A program made the translations under genes and the position numbers. A model generated the notes under the pieces. The model saw only the letters and a program-made list of their open reading frames with translations, searched no databases and was not told where the DNA came from. This document shows, piece after piece, positions 18,510 through 28,646 of a stretch of 64,000 nt of DNA. The DNA is taken from IMG/VR virus record IMGVR_UViG_3300029305_002203, positions 31,565-95,564 of that record. One strand, 5' to 3'. Origin of the DNA: a virus (Duplodnaviria > Caudoviricetes). Position 1 is the first letter of the stretch; the number at the start of each line of letters is the position of its first letter.

Positions 18510-21500
18510 TTATTTAGAATGTAGTTTCTGAATTACTTTTAGTGGTAATTCCTTAACTATTTCATCAACGATCATATCCGAATTATCCGGATTATAAACG
18601 TTAATATCACCAATGGTAATTTCCATAGGCGAATTTTCTCTTTTGTTAATTGGTGCAATGGAAGAATATGCTTTGTTTAAGTTACTAAACATATTTCCCA
18701 TTTGATTATTAGTTAACACAACTTCTCCATAAAGAAGTTTTGCCAGTGTTTCATTTGGTTTTAAGTTGTCCTCTGTTAAAGCTACAAAGTTTTCAGGTAA
18801 TTTATTCTTAGAGGTCGGCTTACCAACAATACCACCAGAATGGTATAGATGCATTGTTGCACCATTTTTACCACCTTTGTTTGAAGTTGTGTTACCTTTC
18901 GTGCCATTACCTTTGTTTCCATTAGTTCCAGCACTCGCAGCTTTTGCTTGATAATCAAGAATTTGTTTATAAGTTTCTTTTGCATTGGTAAGAATGGTTT
19001 CCAATGAACTAAAAGCAGAGTTAGCCTTACTTACCTGTGAAGCAATTTGACCATATAAAGACACAGCAACATTTTTAAATTCCTCTAATTTTTTCTGTCT
19101 TTCGTCTAAAATAGTGGCCTCAGAATCCTTTGCAGAAGTATGTGCCGATGTAACAAATTCAAGAGCAGAAGTAATATTAGCATCTGCCTCTGTCCATTTA
19201 TCAGATAATTCTTTTGTTTCATCAGTTCTATTCTGAATAGCCTCTAATTCTTCCTCGTTCTCAACTATTGCTTTATTGATTGCATCTTGAGCTGCCTTTA
19301 TCTCTAATTGTTTAGCGAGATAGGCTTCAGCTTCTTCTCTGATTTGCTGCATAGTAGTATTGTTTGCATCAATCTTTTCTTGAATGGTATCTACTTCAGT
19401 TTTAGCATTATTTAATGAAGTTTCTAAGATTGTTAATATACCTTCATCTTGTTGCAGAATACTATTTTCACCAGATGCTTTAAACAATTCAAGAAATGCT
19501 CTTTTAGAAATCAATCGTTCATAACTATCGGAAACTGCATTTAATTTCTTAGCATATTCTTCCCATGTCTTAATTTCATTATCAATAATTAATAAGTCAT
19601 CTTCTTTATTTTTATTTAAAGTATCAATCTGCTTATCAAAAGAAGCGATAGTATTATTATAATTCTGTTGGTCTAATTCTTGTTGAGCATCACGAATAGC
19701 ATCCTGATCTGCTTCATAAACAAAACCTTCTCCGGCACGATAGATACGCTGAGTCTTGTTTCGCATAGCTTTTTCAAGATTATACTTGGCATTCTCTAAA
19801 TCAATTTCTCTTTGACGTTCATCATTAGACTCTGTAAGAGCATCCTTTTGTTCTTGGATTGCTTTGATTTGCTCATCATAACCATCTGATAAAACTTGTC
19901 TTCTTTCATTTAAAGCTTCAATTTCATCTTGGACAAGAATGTTAGCATATCCAATTGCACTTTCTATTTTTGACTGTAGTTTGGTCTGATAGTCTAAATC
20001 TTCTTCCAATTCCTTATTTAAATCTTCGTACTGTTTTATTGGCAATAGAAGAATAGCTCTATTATTTTCTATTTGAGCAATAGTACAGGCATTAATATTA
20101 TCCTGAGCCTCTTGTACTTGGTCATTATATTCCTTATATGCTGCGGTTCCCCATTTTTCGCCATCACGTTTTGCGATAGCTGCTTTAAGGTCAGCTTTAT
20201 ATATCTCTTTGTTTTTTTCATGTAAGGCATTCATATCCAAGTATTGCTGTGCAGTTCCTTGACCACCTCTGGCTTCTTCCAAATCTATGTCGTTTTGAAT
20301 ATCTTGGATTCGGCTATTATAATAACTGGTTTTATTAGCACGACCTTCTCTGCCATTCTCATATTTTTTATCTGGTTCTGCCTCTACATATTCATCATAA
20401 GCCTTTTGAAGTTTTAATCGTTCTTCTTCGGTGGTTGCCAAAGCCAGATTAAGTTTTAGTATTTCACCTTTGATTCTTTTTTCTTCGTCAAGCCATTTAT
20501 TTTTTTCAGCGACAGTCATACTTTCTTGGTCTACAAGATTATGATTTTCAAGATTTAATTCATTTTGCTCAAGTAGTGTGGAATTGACTTCGTCTTCATT
20601 CGCTTTAAGTTTTTCAACAGCATCGTTATTTTGGGTTATTGAATCTTGCCATCTATCATAAATCTCAACAAGCTTCATAACTCGATTGTATTCTTCCTCG
20701 TTGTCAAAGTTCTCAATTGTTAGCTGACTTCTATCACCGGTTATCAATTTTATATATTTGGGGTCAATTTTAGCAGACTCTGTCTCCCAAATGCTTTTAT
20801 ATTCTTCAGAAGCTTCTGCGGTGGCAGTAACTAAATCCTCGTTTGCCCCCTTTAATTGCTTTAATACAGCCAATCTTTCAGTAAAACCCTCTGTATTACT
20901 AAGAGTGTTATCAAGTTCTTCAATTCTACGATTGGCATTTTCTACAGATCTTGCAAACCAGTCAAAATCTTCTGAGAATTTTTCTTCTTCACCTGAATCA
21001 GATCCAGAAGCACCAAATGGAAGATCGGTTCTAAAATCTGGAACAACAGTAGAAATAGAAGTATTAACTCCATTTATAATTTCTTCTATCTCAACAAGTT
21101 CTTTTTCTGCTTGTACCATATCATCATATGCAGATATAGAGGGATTTAAATAGTGAGTCCGGTCATTAACAGTTGATTCGTATTTTCTTTGAGCACTTTC
21201 AAATATTAATTTTTTACGAGCATACTCTTTATCCATAGCAAGTTTTGCTTCAAGATAATTTGAATAGTTGCCTAACTCTATGCCATATTCTTTTGCCTTA
21301 TTAATTAAATCTTCTGATAAACCATCAACAACAAGATCATAGAAAGATTCATCTTCGCCTTTTTTCTGAGCCATATATAATTTGTAATTTTGCAAATCTG
21401 CTTCGTATTCTTTTTGTAAATCCCTTAATAAATCTTTTTCACTTGCTTTGCCTTCTAAGTATTTATCAATAGTAGCAGTAAGACCGGGATATTGACTTGC

Positions 21501-23171
21501 AATATTTTGTAAAGTAGAAACAGATATTTTACCACTTTCAGAAACTTCGCCTTTTACAGTTTTAATCATGGAATGAGTAGACTCTAATTCAGACAACATT
21601 TCATCTAAACTAATATTGCTACTCTCTGTAGTCAGACCATCAAACAATTCTAAGATTTCATCACTGGCACCAGCATCTTGCAAAGAAGATTTTAAGCTTT
21701 TTAACTTGTCATCAATTAAAGTCTGAATGGCATATGACAAATTATCGGTTTCACTGGTAAGAGTAGGAAAACTTTGCAATAAATCTAATAGGTCGGAAGA
21801 AGATAAGTTATTATTCCTAATCTTATCTAAAGCTTCTGATAAACTATTTAAATCAGATTGATAATTATCTATTCCTTCTTGGTTTGTAGCATCAAACGAA
21901 AATTTTGGGACAGAAGTATTAACTGCTTCTTGTGATGTTGCAATACTATTTAAATATTGTAAATATACAGATGCGGGAGTTTGACCTTCTTCTAATATTA
22001 AATTAGCATCTTCAAGAGCAGTAATTAAATTATCATATTGAGCAATATCACTTTCAGTCAAAGTTCCATTTGCAAACTTCTGTTGAATTTCTTCCTTAGT
22101 TTTATCTAAAGATGTGTCATTTAAAGCAAAATCTATTTGAAGTGTATTCCATTCACCAGAGCCATTATTTAGCTGATATATTTTTTTCTTCCAAGACTCT
22201 ATATAATCCCACATTTGCTGATTAAGTGGATTGTCAAATGTACCGTCTTCATTTCTAAGTAACATTAATGTCTCTTGTTGCTCTAAAAATCCTTGAAGAA
22301 TAGAAGCAGAACGTTTTCCTAATTCTTCTTGAAGAATTAATTGGCTTTCTTGTAACGAAGTGACAAGTTTATCATTTCCCTCTGTTATTGCGGCATCAAT
22401 TTGATTATTAACGCTTTCTAAATTAAATAATAGCCCTTGGTCGTCTATACGAGATGCCTCTTTCTCATTAATTTGTGCTGCCCATCCATGTAGCACATTG
22501 CCTTCAGCATTATATTCTGTATCAAAATCTGAACCCCATTCATCATTAAATGTTTCTCTGTTTTGTACTGATAGTTTTTTGGCATCTTCTTTAGCAAGGT
22601 CTTCCTTGGTTTTCTTTTGTTCTTCTAATAATTTATTTTGCAGAATTAATTTATTAAGTTCATCATCTTCAACAAGAGTGATTGTACCTTCACTTAATTT
22701 ATTCCTTAATTCTAATATTCTTTTTTCATTATCTATTATTGCATTTCCAAGAGATTCAACTTCTTGGATAGTATTTTCATATTCATTTCTTAATTCTGAA
22801 ATTTTCTCTTTTTGTTCTTCAATGGTTGGATTCCATTTTTTATACACTTTAACTGCAAATCCTACTGCCACAGCGATACCAAGAATCCATGTTGCAGGAT
22901 TAGTAAGTATTGCGGCTGCCATAGCTTTCGCATTTGCTAATAGAGCAGTAGTATATGCTTGCATTGAGAATGTAGCCAACCCGGTTGCAGAGGCAGAAGC
23001 AGTTTTTGCAACAATAGCTCCCGTCTCTGTTTGGGTTAATTTTTTATTTGCTAATACACTTGCTTTTTGACTTTCGGTTAAATTTTTAGTTAATCTGTCT
23101 AATTCATCCGTATCAGTCGCAGTGCTTCTTAATGCCTCTCCAAAAGCACTCATACCTTTAAAATCAAATAT
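18510..23171 (-). CDS. tape measure protein C-terminal exon B (distal 3' exon, 1553 aa)
   Basis: no RBS; the called TTG start ends in the omega-G of UGUUUG|AUAUUU; TM segment NPATWILGIAVAV, long coiled coil; C-terminus paralogous to exon A. Confidence 0.8.
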   Translation of the reverse strand: MFDFKGMSAFGEALRSTATDTDELDRLTKNLTESQKASVLANKKLTQTETGAIVAKTASASATGLATFSMQAYTTALLANAKAMAAAILTNPATWILGIAVAVGFAVKVYKKWNPTIEEQKEKISELRNEYENTIQEVESLGNAIIDNEKRILELRNKLSEGTITLVEDDELNKLILQNKLLEEQKKTKEDLAKEDAKKLSVQNRETFNDEWGSDFDTEYNAEGNVLHGWAAQINEKEASRIDDQGLLFNLESVNNQIDAAITEGNDKLVTSLQESQLILQEELGKRSASILQGFLEQQETLMLLRNEDGTFDNPLNQQMWDYIESWKKKIYQLNNGSGEWNTLQIDFALNDTSLDKTKEEIQQKFANGTLTESDIAQYDNLITALEDANLILEEGQTPASVYLQYLNSIATSQEAVNTSVPKFSFDATNQEGIDNYQSDLNSLSEALDKIRNNNLSSSDLLDLLQSFPTLTSETDNLSYAIQTLIDDKLKSLKSSLQDAGASDEILELFDGLTTESSNISLDEMLSELESTHSMIKTVKGEVSESGKISVSTLQNIASQYPGLTATIDKYLEGKASEKDLLRDLQKEYEADLQNYKLYMAQKKGEDESFYDLVVDGLSEDLINKAKEYGIELGNYSNYLEAKLAMDKEYARKKLIFESAQRKYESTVNDRTHYLNPSISAYDDMVQAEKELVEIEEIINGVNTSISTVVPDFRTDLPFGASGSDSGEEEKFSEDFDWFARSVENANRRIEELDNTLSNTEGFTERLAVLKQLKGANEDLVTATAEASEEYKSIWETESAKIDPKYIKLITGDRSQLTIENFDNEEEYNRVMKLVEIYDRWQDSITQNNDAVEKLKANEDEVNSTLLEQNELNLENHNLVDQESMTVAEKNKWLDEEKRIKGEILKLNLALATTEEERLKLQKAYDEYVEAEPDKKYENGREGRANKTSYYNSRIQDIQNDIDLEEARGGQGTAQQYLDMNALHEKNKEIYKADLKAAIAKRDGEKWGTAAYKEYNDQVQEAQDNINACTIAQIENNRAILLLPIKQYEDLNKELEEDLDYQTKLQSKIESAIGYANILVQDEIEALNERRQVLSDGYDEQIKAIQEQKDALTESNDERQREIDLENAKYNLEKAMRNKTQRIYRAGEGFVYEADQDAIRDAQQELDQQNYNNTIASFDKQIDTLNKNKEDDLLIIDNEIKTWEEYAKKLNAVSDSYERLISKRAFLELFKASGENSILQQDEGILTILETSLNNAKTEVDTIQEKIDANNTTMQQIREEAEAYLAKQLEIKAAQDAINKAIVENEEELEAIQNRTDETKELSDKWTEADANITSALEFVTSAHTSAKDSEATILDERQKKLEEFKNVAVSLYGQIASQVSKANSAFSSLETILTNAKETYKQILDYQAKAASAGTNGNKGNGTKGNTTSNKGGKNGATMHLYHSGGIVGKPTSKNKLPENFVALTEDNLKPNETLAKLLYGEVVLTNNQMGNMFSNLNKAYSSIAPINKRENSPMEITIGDINVYNPDNSDMIVDEIVKELPLKVIQKLHSK

Positions 23172-23217
23172 CAAACATTATTATAATACATAATATATTA
23201 GGGGTATATTATATATT
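23166..23217 (-). other. distal group I 3' splice-site element
   Basis: 13-bp hairpin with CCCCUAA loop, then UGUUUG(23172)|AUAUUU. Confidence 0.7.
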
Positions 23218-23239
23218 CAAATTCAACTTTTACGGATAA

Positions 23240-23782
23240 TTATTTGTTGTCAATAATAAAATTTTTAAATTCATTTTCATATAATGCATGGCATGTTCCA
23301 TTCCCATAACAAGCAAAATATTCACTAAACATTGCTTCCATATTTTCGTGGTCTGTGATAGTAATATGTACTTTACCTTGCTCATCTACATTTTGACTAA
23401 AGTAACGCATACCGCCCAAGATACGATCTCTTAAAACGGCACAGTCCCGACGCTTTCCATCCTCATCAATTTTGGTTAAACGTTCACTTTGTTCATCAAT
23501 TTTTTTATCAAGTTGAGTACAACGATCATTCATTATAGATACAAATTTTTCAATTCTTGTTGATAATTCTTCAATCGCTGCAGTGTTTTTATCAATTGTA
23601 GAAACTTCTTCCTCACGTCCTTTTCTTTTATTGTAAGCTTTGATAAATACTCCCCACAGCCATTTAATGAATTTTTCCAAACCAACCACAATTGCAACAA
23701 TTACAATTAGTGCGGATAATAAATCCAAAAAAGTATGTTCTGCAAAATATTCAATCATTTGTTCTAGCATTTTACAAATCAC
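23240..23782 (-). CDS. membrane-anchored coiled-coil protein of lysis cassette (holin/spanin-like)
   Basis: one N-terminal TM, coiled coil, LRDRIL..GNG motif; follows endolysin. Confidence 0.55.
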   Translation of the reverse strand: MICKMLEQMIEYFAEHTFLDLLSALIVIVAIVVGLEKFIKWLWGVFIKAYNKRKGREEEVSTIDKNTAAIEELSTRIEKFVSIMNDRCTQLDKKIDEQSERLTKIDEDGKRRDCAVLRDRILGGMRYFSQNVDEQGKVHITITDHENMEAMFSEYFACYGNGTCHALYENEFKNFIIDNK

Positions 23783-23847
23783 CCTTAGTCATATCTGACT
23801 CCTCCCTCTTTTGTTCTAGTCTTATAAATATTTATAAGAATTTTTAT

Positions 23848-25539
23848 TTACACGGTTTTCCTGTCTTCCTTATGACCATATTGTAAGTAATGCAACACAT
23901 ATGGTTTATAGCCATCCTTTTCTCCAAATGCATTTTGTAAATCGGGATTGCTTGATTTATAAATTGTAACATTAAATGTACTTTTTGCTTGACGACCCTC
24001 TTTAATACCATAATTAATATAGTGATTAAATAATTTTGTAGCATCAGTACCAAAATGCCTCTTCAAATCACTATAAGAATTTGCATAGTACATAGGATCG
24101 AATACAAGAGAATAATCAACTCCGTTATATACATATCCCTTTGTCGTAGTGATATCTAATGGTTTTGAGGTTGAAGTAGAACTGGAAGAAGATAATTTAA
24201 GAACTTGTCCAACCTTAACGATATAAGGAAATTTAATCCTATTTAAATTAGCTATTGTTTTCCATGCAACACCAGTTTTCTGTCCAATCTTAGAAAGAGT
24301 ATCACCTTTCTGTACAATGTAAGTATTTGCTGATACTGTTATAACAGGGGAGTTAGTAATTGGTGTAGAAATACTATTGTCTACCTTTATTCCCACATAA
24401 TCTAAAAATCCTTTAGCTACATCTTCACCTTGTTCCTTGCAGAACATTTCAGTTTTCATTAATGCCGCTTCTTCTTTATTAGTCATAAAACCAATTTCAA
24501 CCAGGCAAGCAGCTTTAACATTCATAGCAACACAGTTACACATTGCAAGAGATTGTTTCTTTACACCACGATTCTTTTGTTTTGTGCCTTGAACAAGTCG
24601 TGCTTGTATTTTAGTTGCCATTGCAAAAGAGTCACCAATATATGCAGAATTACTATGAATTAATGTTTCTACTCCATTTGCAGAGTTCCATACTGATTGA
24701 TGTGCATTAGCATGAAAAGAAATAGAATAGTGACAACCCTCATTCTTAATTTGTTTCTGTCTTGTTGATAATGCCACATCAGGATCATCTGTTGCATTAG
24801 TATCATCCCAACCAACTCTGAATGTTGATATGCCGTATTTCTGCAAATACTGTTCACAGTAGTAAGCAGATTTTACGTTAATCCAGTGTTCCAGATGGTT
24901 GTCCGGGGTGCGCTTACCGGCAGTATTACTGCCATGACCAGCATCTATTGCCACTTTGCATACCATATTCCCATCCTCCTTTACTTTAATCTTTAAAATA
25001 TCATTTAAAATATCCAAAACCTGATATCCATAACTGTCCTTTGCTTTATTTGCCTCTTCCAAGCTTTTATACTTCTTGGTGTTATAACCCGGTACAGCCC
25101 AAGTCCCACCTAAATCTTCCATATGAGGAGCAGTCCCACCTTTAACATTTATAAACCACTGTGTTCTTCTAGGGTCTACATTTAGTTCATTTAAAGATGA
25201 TTTAGTCGCATAAGATTTTGCATGTTGTGCGTGTGCTAATATACCAATTTCAATGGAAGTAAAAGAGCAACCTGGAACTCCACCGGTAGCACCAATACCG
25301 GCAAAATTATTTTGTGTATATTTAACATCTCCACCATACTTTAAGTTGCCTGTTTCTTTAAGCATCTGACAGAAGATTAAATCCCCACGAACACCTTCTT
25401 TTGCTGGAATATCTAAATATAGCTGGCAAAACTCTATGACAGATATACTTCTTGAAAGTTTAGGATTTTTATTTTTAGACAATAAATAAGAAGCCATCTG
25501 TTGTGCAGTGGCTTGTGATTTTCCTAAAATTAAAGTCAT
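23848..25539 (-). CDS. endolysin: glucosaminidase-like + Amidase_3 + LysM + C-terminal repeats
   Basis: ETG..QNNFAGIG; IDAGHG..E..SFHANA..LVEIGFMTN; YIVQKGDTLSKI LysM; HY..YG.KEGR repeats. Confidence 0.9.
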   Translation of the reverse strand: MTLILGKSQATAQQMASYLLSKNKNPKLSRSISVIEFCQLYLDIPAKEGVRGDLIFCQMLKETGNLKYGGDVKYTQNNFAGIGATGGVPGCSFTSIEIGILAHAQHAKSYATKSSLNELNVDPRRTQWFINVKGGTAPHMEDLGGTWAVPGYNTKKYKSLEEANKAKDSYGYQVLDILNDILKIKVKEDGNMVCKVAIDAGHGSNTAGKRTPDNHLEHWINVKSAYYCEQYLQKYGISTFRVGWDDTNATDDPDVALSTRQKQIKNEGCHYSISFHANAHQSVWNSANGVETLIHSNSAYIGDSFAMATKIQARLVQGTKQKNRGVKKQSLAMCNCVAMNVKAACLVEIGFMTNKEEAALMKTEMFCKEQGEDVAKGFLDYVGIKVDNSISTPITNSPVITVSANTYIVQKGDTLSKIGQKTGVAWKTIANLNRIKFPYIVKVGQVLKLSSSSSTSTSKPLDITTTKGYVYNGVDYSLVFDPMYYANSYSDLKRHFGTDATKLFNHYINYGIKEGRQAKSTFNVTIYKSSNPDLQNAFGEKDGYKPYVLHYLQYGHKEDRKTV

Positions 25540-25561
25540 AATTTCACTTCCTTCTAAAGTA

Positions 25562-25593
25562 GAAGAGTACGGTGATATTTCACACCGTACTCT
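25562..25593 (-). terminator. hairpin between holin and endolysin
   Basis: AAGAGTACGGTGA..TCACACCGTACTCTT inverted repeat. Confidence 0.55.
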
Positions 25594-25602
25594 TAATTAC
25601 AA

Positions 25603-25950
25603 TTATTTACTTGTATTACTAGCAAGTTCTTTTGCAGTATTCAAATCTCTAACCGCTGATTCGATTAAAACATTCAATTCTTCCTCAGTAATAGAGTATT
25701 TGGTCTTATCAAGAATACCGTTAATAAAATTAAGAACATATTCCTTTTTCTGTTCTCCAAGACCAGTACCAACAAAAATCTGTTCTGCAGCTCTTACTGC
25801 ATAATCAACATACATTGCAATAGTATCAAACTTTTCTGCACCGATTTCCTCTTTAAGTTTAGGAATTACATATCTTGTAATTAAAACAACAGCCACTGTA
25901 ATAACTAAACCAATTACCATTTTTAAAATTTCCATCATCCATGTTTCCAT
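25603..25950 (-). CDS. LL-H family holin
   Basis: N-terminal TM, AVRAAEQ, G.QKK..V, LIESAV. Confidence 0.85.
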   Translation of the reverse strand: METWMMEILKMVIGLVITVAVVLITRYVIPKLKEEIGAEKFDTIAMYVDYAVRAAEQIFVGTGLGEQKKEYVLNFINGILDKTKYSITEEELNVLIESAVRDLNTAKELASNTSK

Positions 25951-25979
25951 AATTCATTTCTCCTTTTCTTTTATGAAAT

Positions 25980-26004
25980 TAAAAAAGAGCCAATATAGGC
26001 TCTC
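25980..26004 (-). terminator. intrinsic terminator
   Basis: minus strand GAGAGCC-tatatt-GGCTCTTTTTT. Confidence 0.65.
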
Positions 26005-26017
26005 AGTTACCATAACT

Positions 26018-26275
26018 TTATTCATTTAATATTTGATTAATATCAATTTGTTCCCATATCTCTTTTGGTAAACTACCTAATACTTTAGGAACATTTTCTT
26101 TTGCTGATTTTTTTAAGTACCAAATATTACAGGTGGCAACCTCGCCCCAAGCAAGAGCAGCAATAGTAGTAATATTTGACATATCTAAATTAAAAAAAGT
26201 TCCCACAACCAAAACAATTGTAAGAACTATTGCAGAAATATAACTTGCTAATAATATTTTTTTACTTGTCTCCAT
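26018..26275 (-). CDS. two-TM holin-like protein
   Basis: METSKKIL, 2 TM, WYLKKSAKEN. Confidence 0.6.
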   Translation of the reverse strand: METSKKILLASYISAIVLTIVLVVGTFFNLDMSNITTIAALAWGEVATCNIWYLKKSAKENVPKVLGSLPKEIWEQIDINQILNE

Positions 26276-26287
26276 AATGCTATTCCC

Positions 26288-27319
26288 TTATATCTCTTCA
26301 AAACTTTGTTTATCATTATTCCATTTATATTTATAATCTGAAATCGGTTCTTTTGTCTTATATGAAGCTATTTGATTAAGAGTATCACCGTCAGACCCTA
26401 TAAATATAATACTATTTTTCATTTGAAGCGACTCATAAAATAATATTGCATTAACCTTAACATCAGGGTCACTCCAAAATAGTTCCCATATATTTAAATC
26501 ATTTTTTTTTAAACAATAAAACCCACTGCCGGCACTATATTCATATAGATATATTTTATTATCATATAGAAATAGAAATTGTGGTCTAAGTTCTTCACAT
26601 TCTATATTTTCAATATATGAAAAACTATTTGTAGATTCTTTATAACTAATTATATAATGCTTTTTCGAAGCAAACATATGAATTTCATCTTCTATAACAT
26701 ATCCACGTTTATAAATATTATCATCAATTGATGGTATAATACCTCCACATGGAATCCATTCCTGCTGTGCTTCATCCCACACACAAGTTCCATTATAATT
26801 AATATTGGAAACTGTTATATTTCGATATAAACAAAATAATTTATTGTGTAACACAAAATAGTCACAATATCTTGAACTACTAAATTCTGTATCTCTAAAT
26901 CCAATGTGAGCAGCACCAATTTTATATGCTGCCCTATTTGTTATTTTGGGGTCATAAACATACATTTCGTTTTTCGCTTCATACATAATATAAATTAAAT
27001 CATTATATACTATCGCATGACATGGATCCGTGTATTGTGGTAAAACACTTGGTTTTTCGCTCCATTTAAATCCATTATATTTCATAACGCAATAAGGGGA
27101 CATGACATTATTACTACAATTAAAAACATAAATATTATTATCATATAAAACCGAAGCCTTCTCTGGATGATTAAATTTATATTGATTACCATCAGAATCT
27201 TTTGGTAAATCTGGCAAACGTCCATATTGTGAAAACACTTCTTTTCCATTATGAATCCAGTTAACAATATTATAATTATTAAACAAAACATTGTTTATTT
27301 CAATTCCGTTATATATCAT
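26288..27319 (-). CDS. module A Kelch/beta-propeller-like protein (putative receptor binding)
   Basis: repeated V-Y-x-x-x-I-Y-V / Y-x-x-x-x-W units about 45-50 aa apart. Confidence 0.55.
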   Translation of the reverse strand: MIYNGIEINNVLFNNYNIVNWIHNGKEVFSQYGRLPDLPKDSDGNQYKFNHPEKASVLYDNNIYVFNCSNNVMSPYCVMKYNGFKWSEKPSVLPQYTDPCHAIVYNDLIYIMYEAKNEMYVYDPKITNRAAYKIGAAHIGFRDTEFSSSRYCDYFVLHNKLFCLYRNITVSNINYNGTCVWDEAQQEWIPCGGIIPSIDDNIYKRGYVIEDEIHMFASKKHYIISYKESTNSFSYIENIECEELRPQFLFLYDNKIYLYEYSAGSGFYCLKKNDLNIWELFWSDPDVKVNAILFYESLQMKNSIIFIGSDGDTLNQIASYKTKEPISDYKYKWNNDKQSFEEI

Positions 27320-27329
27320 TATTGCCTCC

Positions 27330-27563
27330 TTATTCTGTATAATCAGATGAACGTGTGGTTAATACACCTGTTTCTTCATCAAAAGAAACAATAAAAATAC
27401 AACTATTTAATTGAGTTGTCATATCATCAATTTTTTGCGTCAAACTAGACCCATCACTCATTTCAACTGTATCAGCATGAGTCCATTCTGATACAAGTTT
27501 ATAATTTTCATCATCAATTTTTAAATGTCGTTTGTATTTTTCGTATCCAGATAATATTGACAT
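27330..27563 (-). CDS. module A small tail-associated protein
   Basis: THADTVEMSDGSSL fibre-type motif. Confidence 0.55.
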   Translation of the reverse strand: MSILSGYEKYKRHLKIDDENYKLVSEWTHADTVEMSDGSSLTQKIDDMTTQLNSCIFIVSFDEETGVLTTRSSDYTE

Positions 27564-27581
27564 ATTATCCCTCCTTTTTTC

Positions 27582-28301
27582 TTACATATTTAAGCCGATG
27601 ATTCCAAAGATATTTAAACCGTATGTTACTGTACTGTTTCCAATACGAACAACACATTCTCCATTATATTTTCCAATATTAGCAGTAATCTCAGAATAAG
27701 AAGCAGAAGATGTATGTGTATAATTTAATACTTCAGTATCATTTATTGTTATTGTAAAATTCTCATTTGCATAAAGATAAGCATCAATCTGCAATTTTCT
27801 TATACTAGATAAATCCATTTTAAGTTCTATATATGAATCTGAATTAACAAAATTTTTGGCAGATGATCCATTTGCATACTTACCATTTGTTAGTCTAAGA
27901 CCATTGGAATATGAACCTAATGTAATATTATTCTCACTCTCTAAGGTACAATTAGTGTATGCCCCATCACTATTACTAGATGCATTGTAATAATATAATT
28001 CACTAGGAGGTTGCAACCACCATGTTTTTTTGTCGGCATCTTCGGTTGGCTCATCACTTAAATATATCTCATCTAATGAATATTCATTGTTTAAAATATG
28101 AGTTCCTAAAATATTAATTCTTTCAGCCAACTCATTAAAAAAAGATGCTCTAGCACCTTTGTCATAATTTTCTTCGTCTAAATAATTAGTGGCTTCTGTA
28201 TATTTCCCCTCATTAATCAATGCAGCATGTGTATCAATTACATCTCTATCGTTTGCCCCCATATCACTTAATGGTTTAAATTTTAATTCTTCTATTTGCA
28301 T
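27582..28301 (-). CDS. module A tail fibre/adhesin-like protein
   Basis: N-terminus related to 28314..28643 and 13897..14856; beta-rich C-terminus. Confidence 0.55.
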   Translation of the reverse strand: MQIEELKFKPLSDMGANDRDVIDTHAALINEGKYTEATNYLDEENYDKGARASFFNELAERINILGTHILNNEYSLDEIYLSDEPTEDADKKTWWLQPPSELYYYNASSNSDGAYTNCTLESENNITLGSYSNGLRLTNGKYANGSSAKNFVNSDSYIELKMDLSSIRKLQIDAYLYANENFTITINDTEVLNYTHTSSASYSEITANIGKYNGECVVRIGNSTVTYGLNIFGIIGLNM

Positions 28302-28313
28302 ATTTCACCATCC

Positions 28314-28643
28314 TTACATGGGTTGAAACCAAGAACCATTTTGTAATTGATCTTCCGGTTCCTCACTACTAATAATGGTAGGAGAGTAATACATACTAAA
28401 CACTCCCATATTATATACTTCTTCGCTCAATCTATTAACGAAAGCACTATTTATAATGTATGGTTCTAACACAGATTTATTAGCTTCATAATACTGATAA
28501 GCACCTGAAATATCTTCCTGATCAATATATTCATAATAAGTATCAATCATTGTTTTAACAGTATCATTCACATCTTGTTTTTCCACAAAACTAGGCAAAG
28601 ATGTCGGAAAAGTGCTTCCGAAATTATGATTATAATTTGGCAT
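28314..28643 (-). CDS. module A baseplate attachment protein
   Basis: STFP..QDV..IINSAFVNRL paralogous to the N-terminus of 13897..14856. Confidence 0.6.
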   Translation of the reverse strand: MPNYNHNFGSTFPTSLPSFVEKQDVNDTVKTMIDTYYEYIDQEDISGAYQYYEANKSVLEPYIINSAFVNRLSEEVYNMGVFSMYYSPTIISSEEPEDQLQNGSWFQPM

Positions 28644-28646
28644 TTA

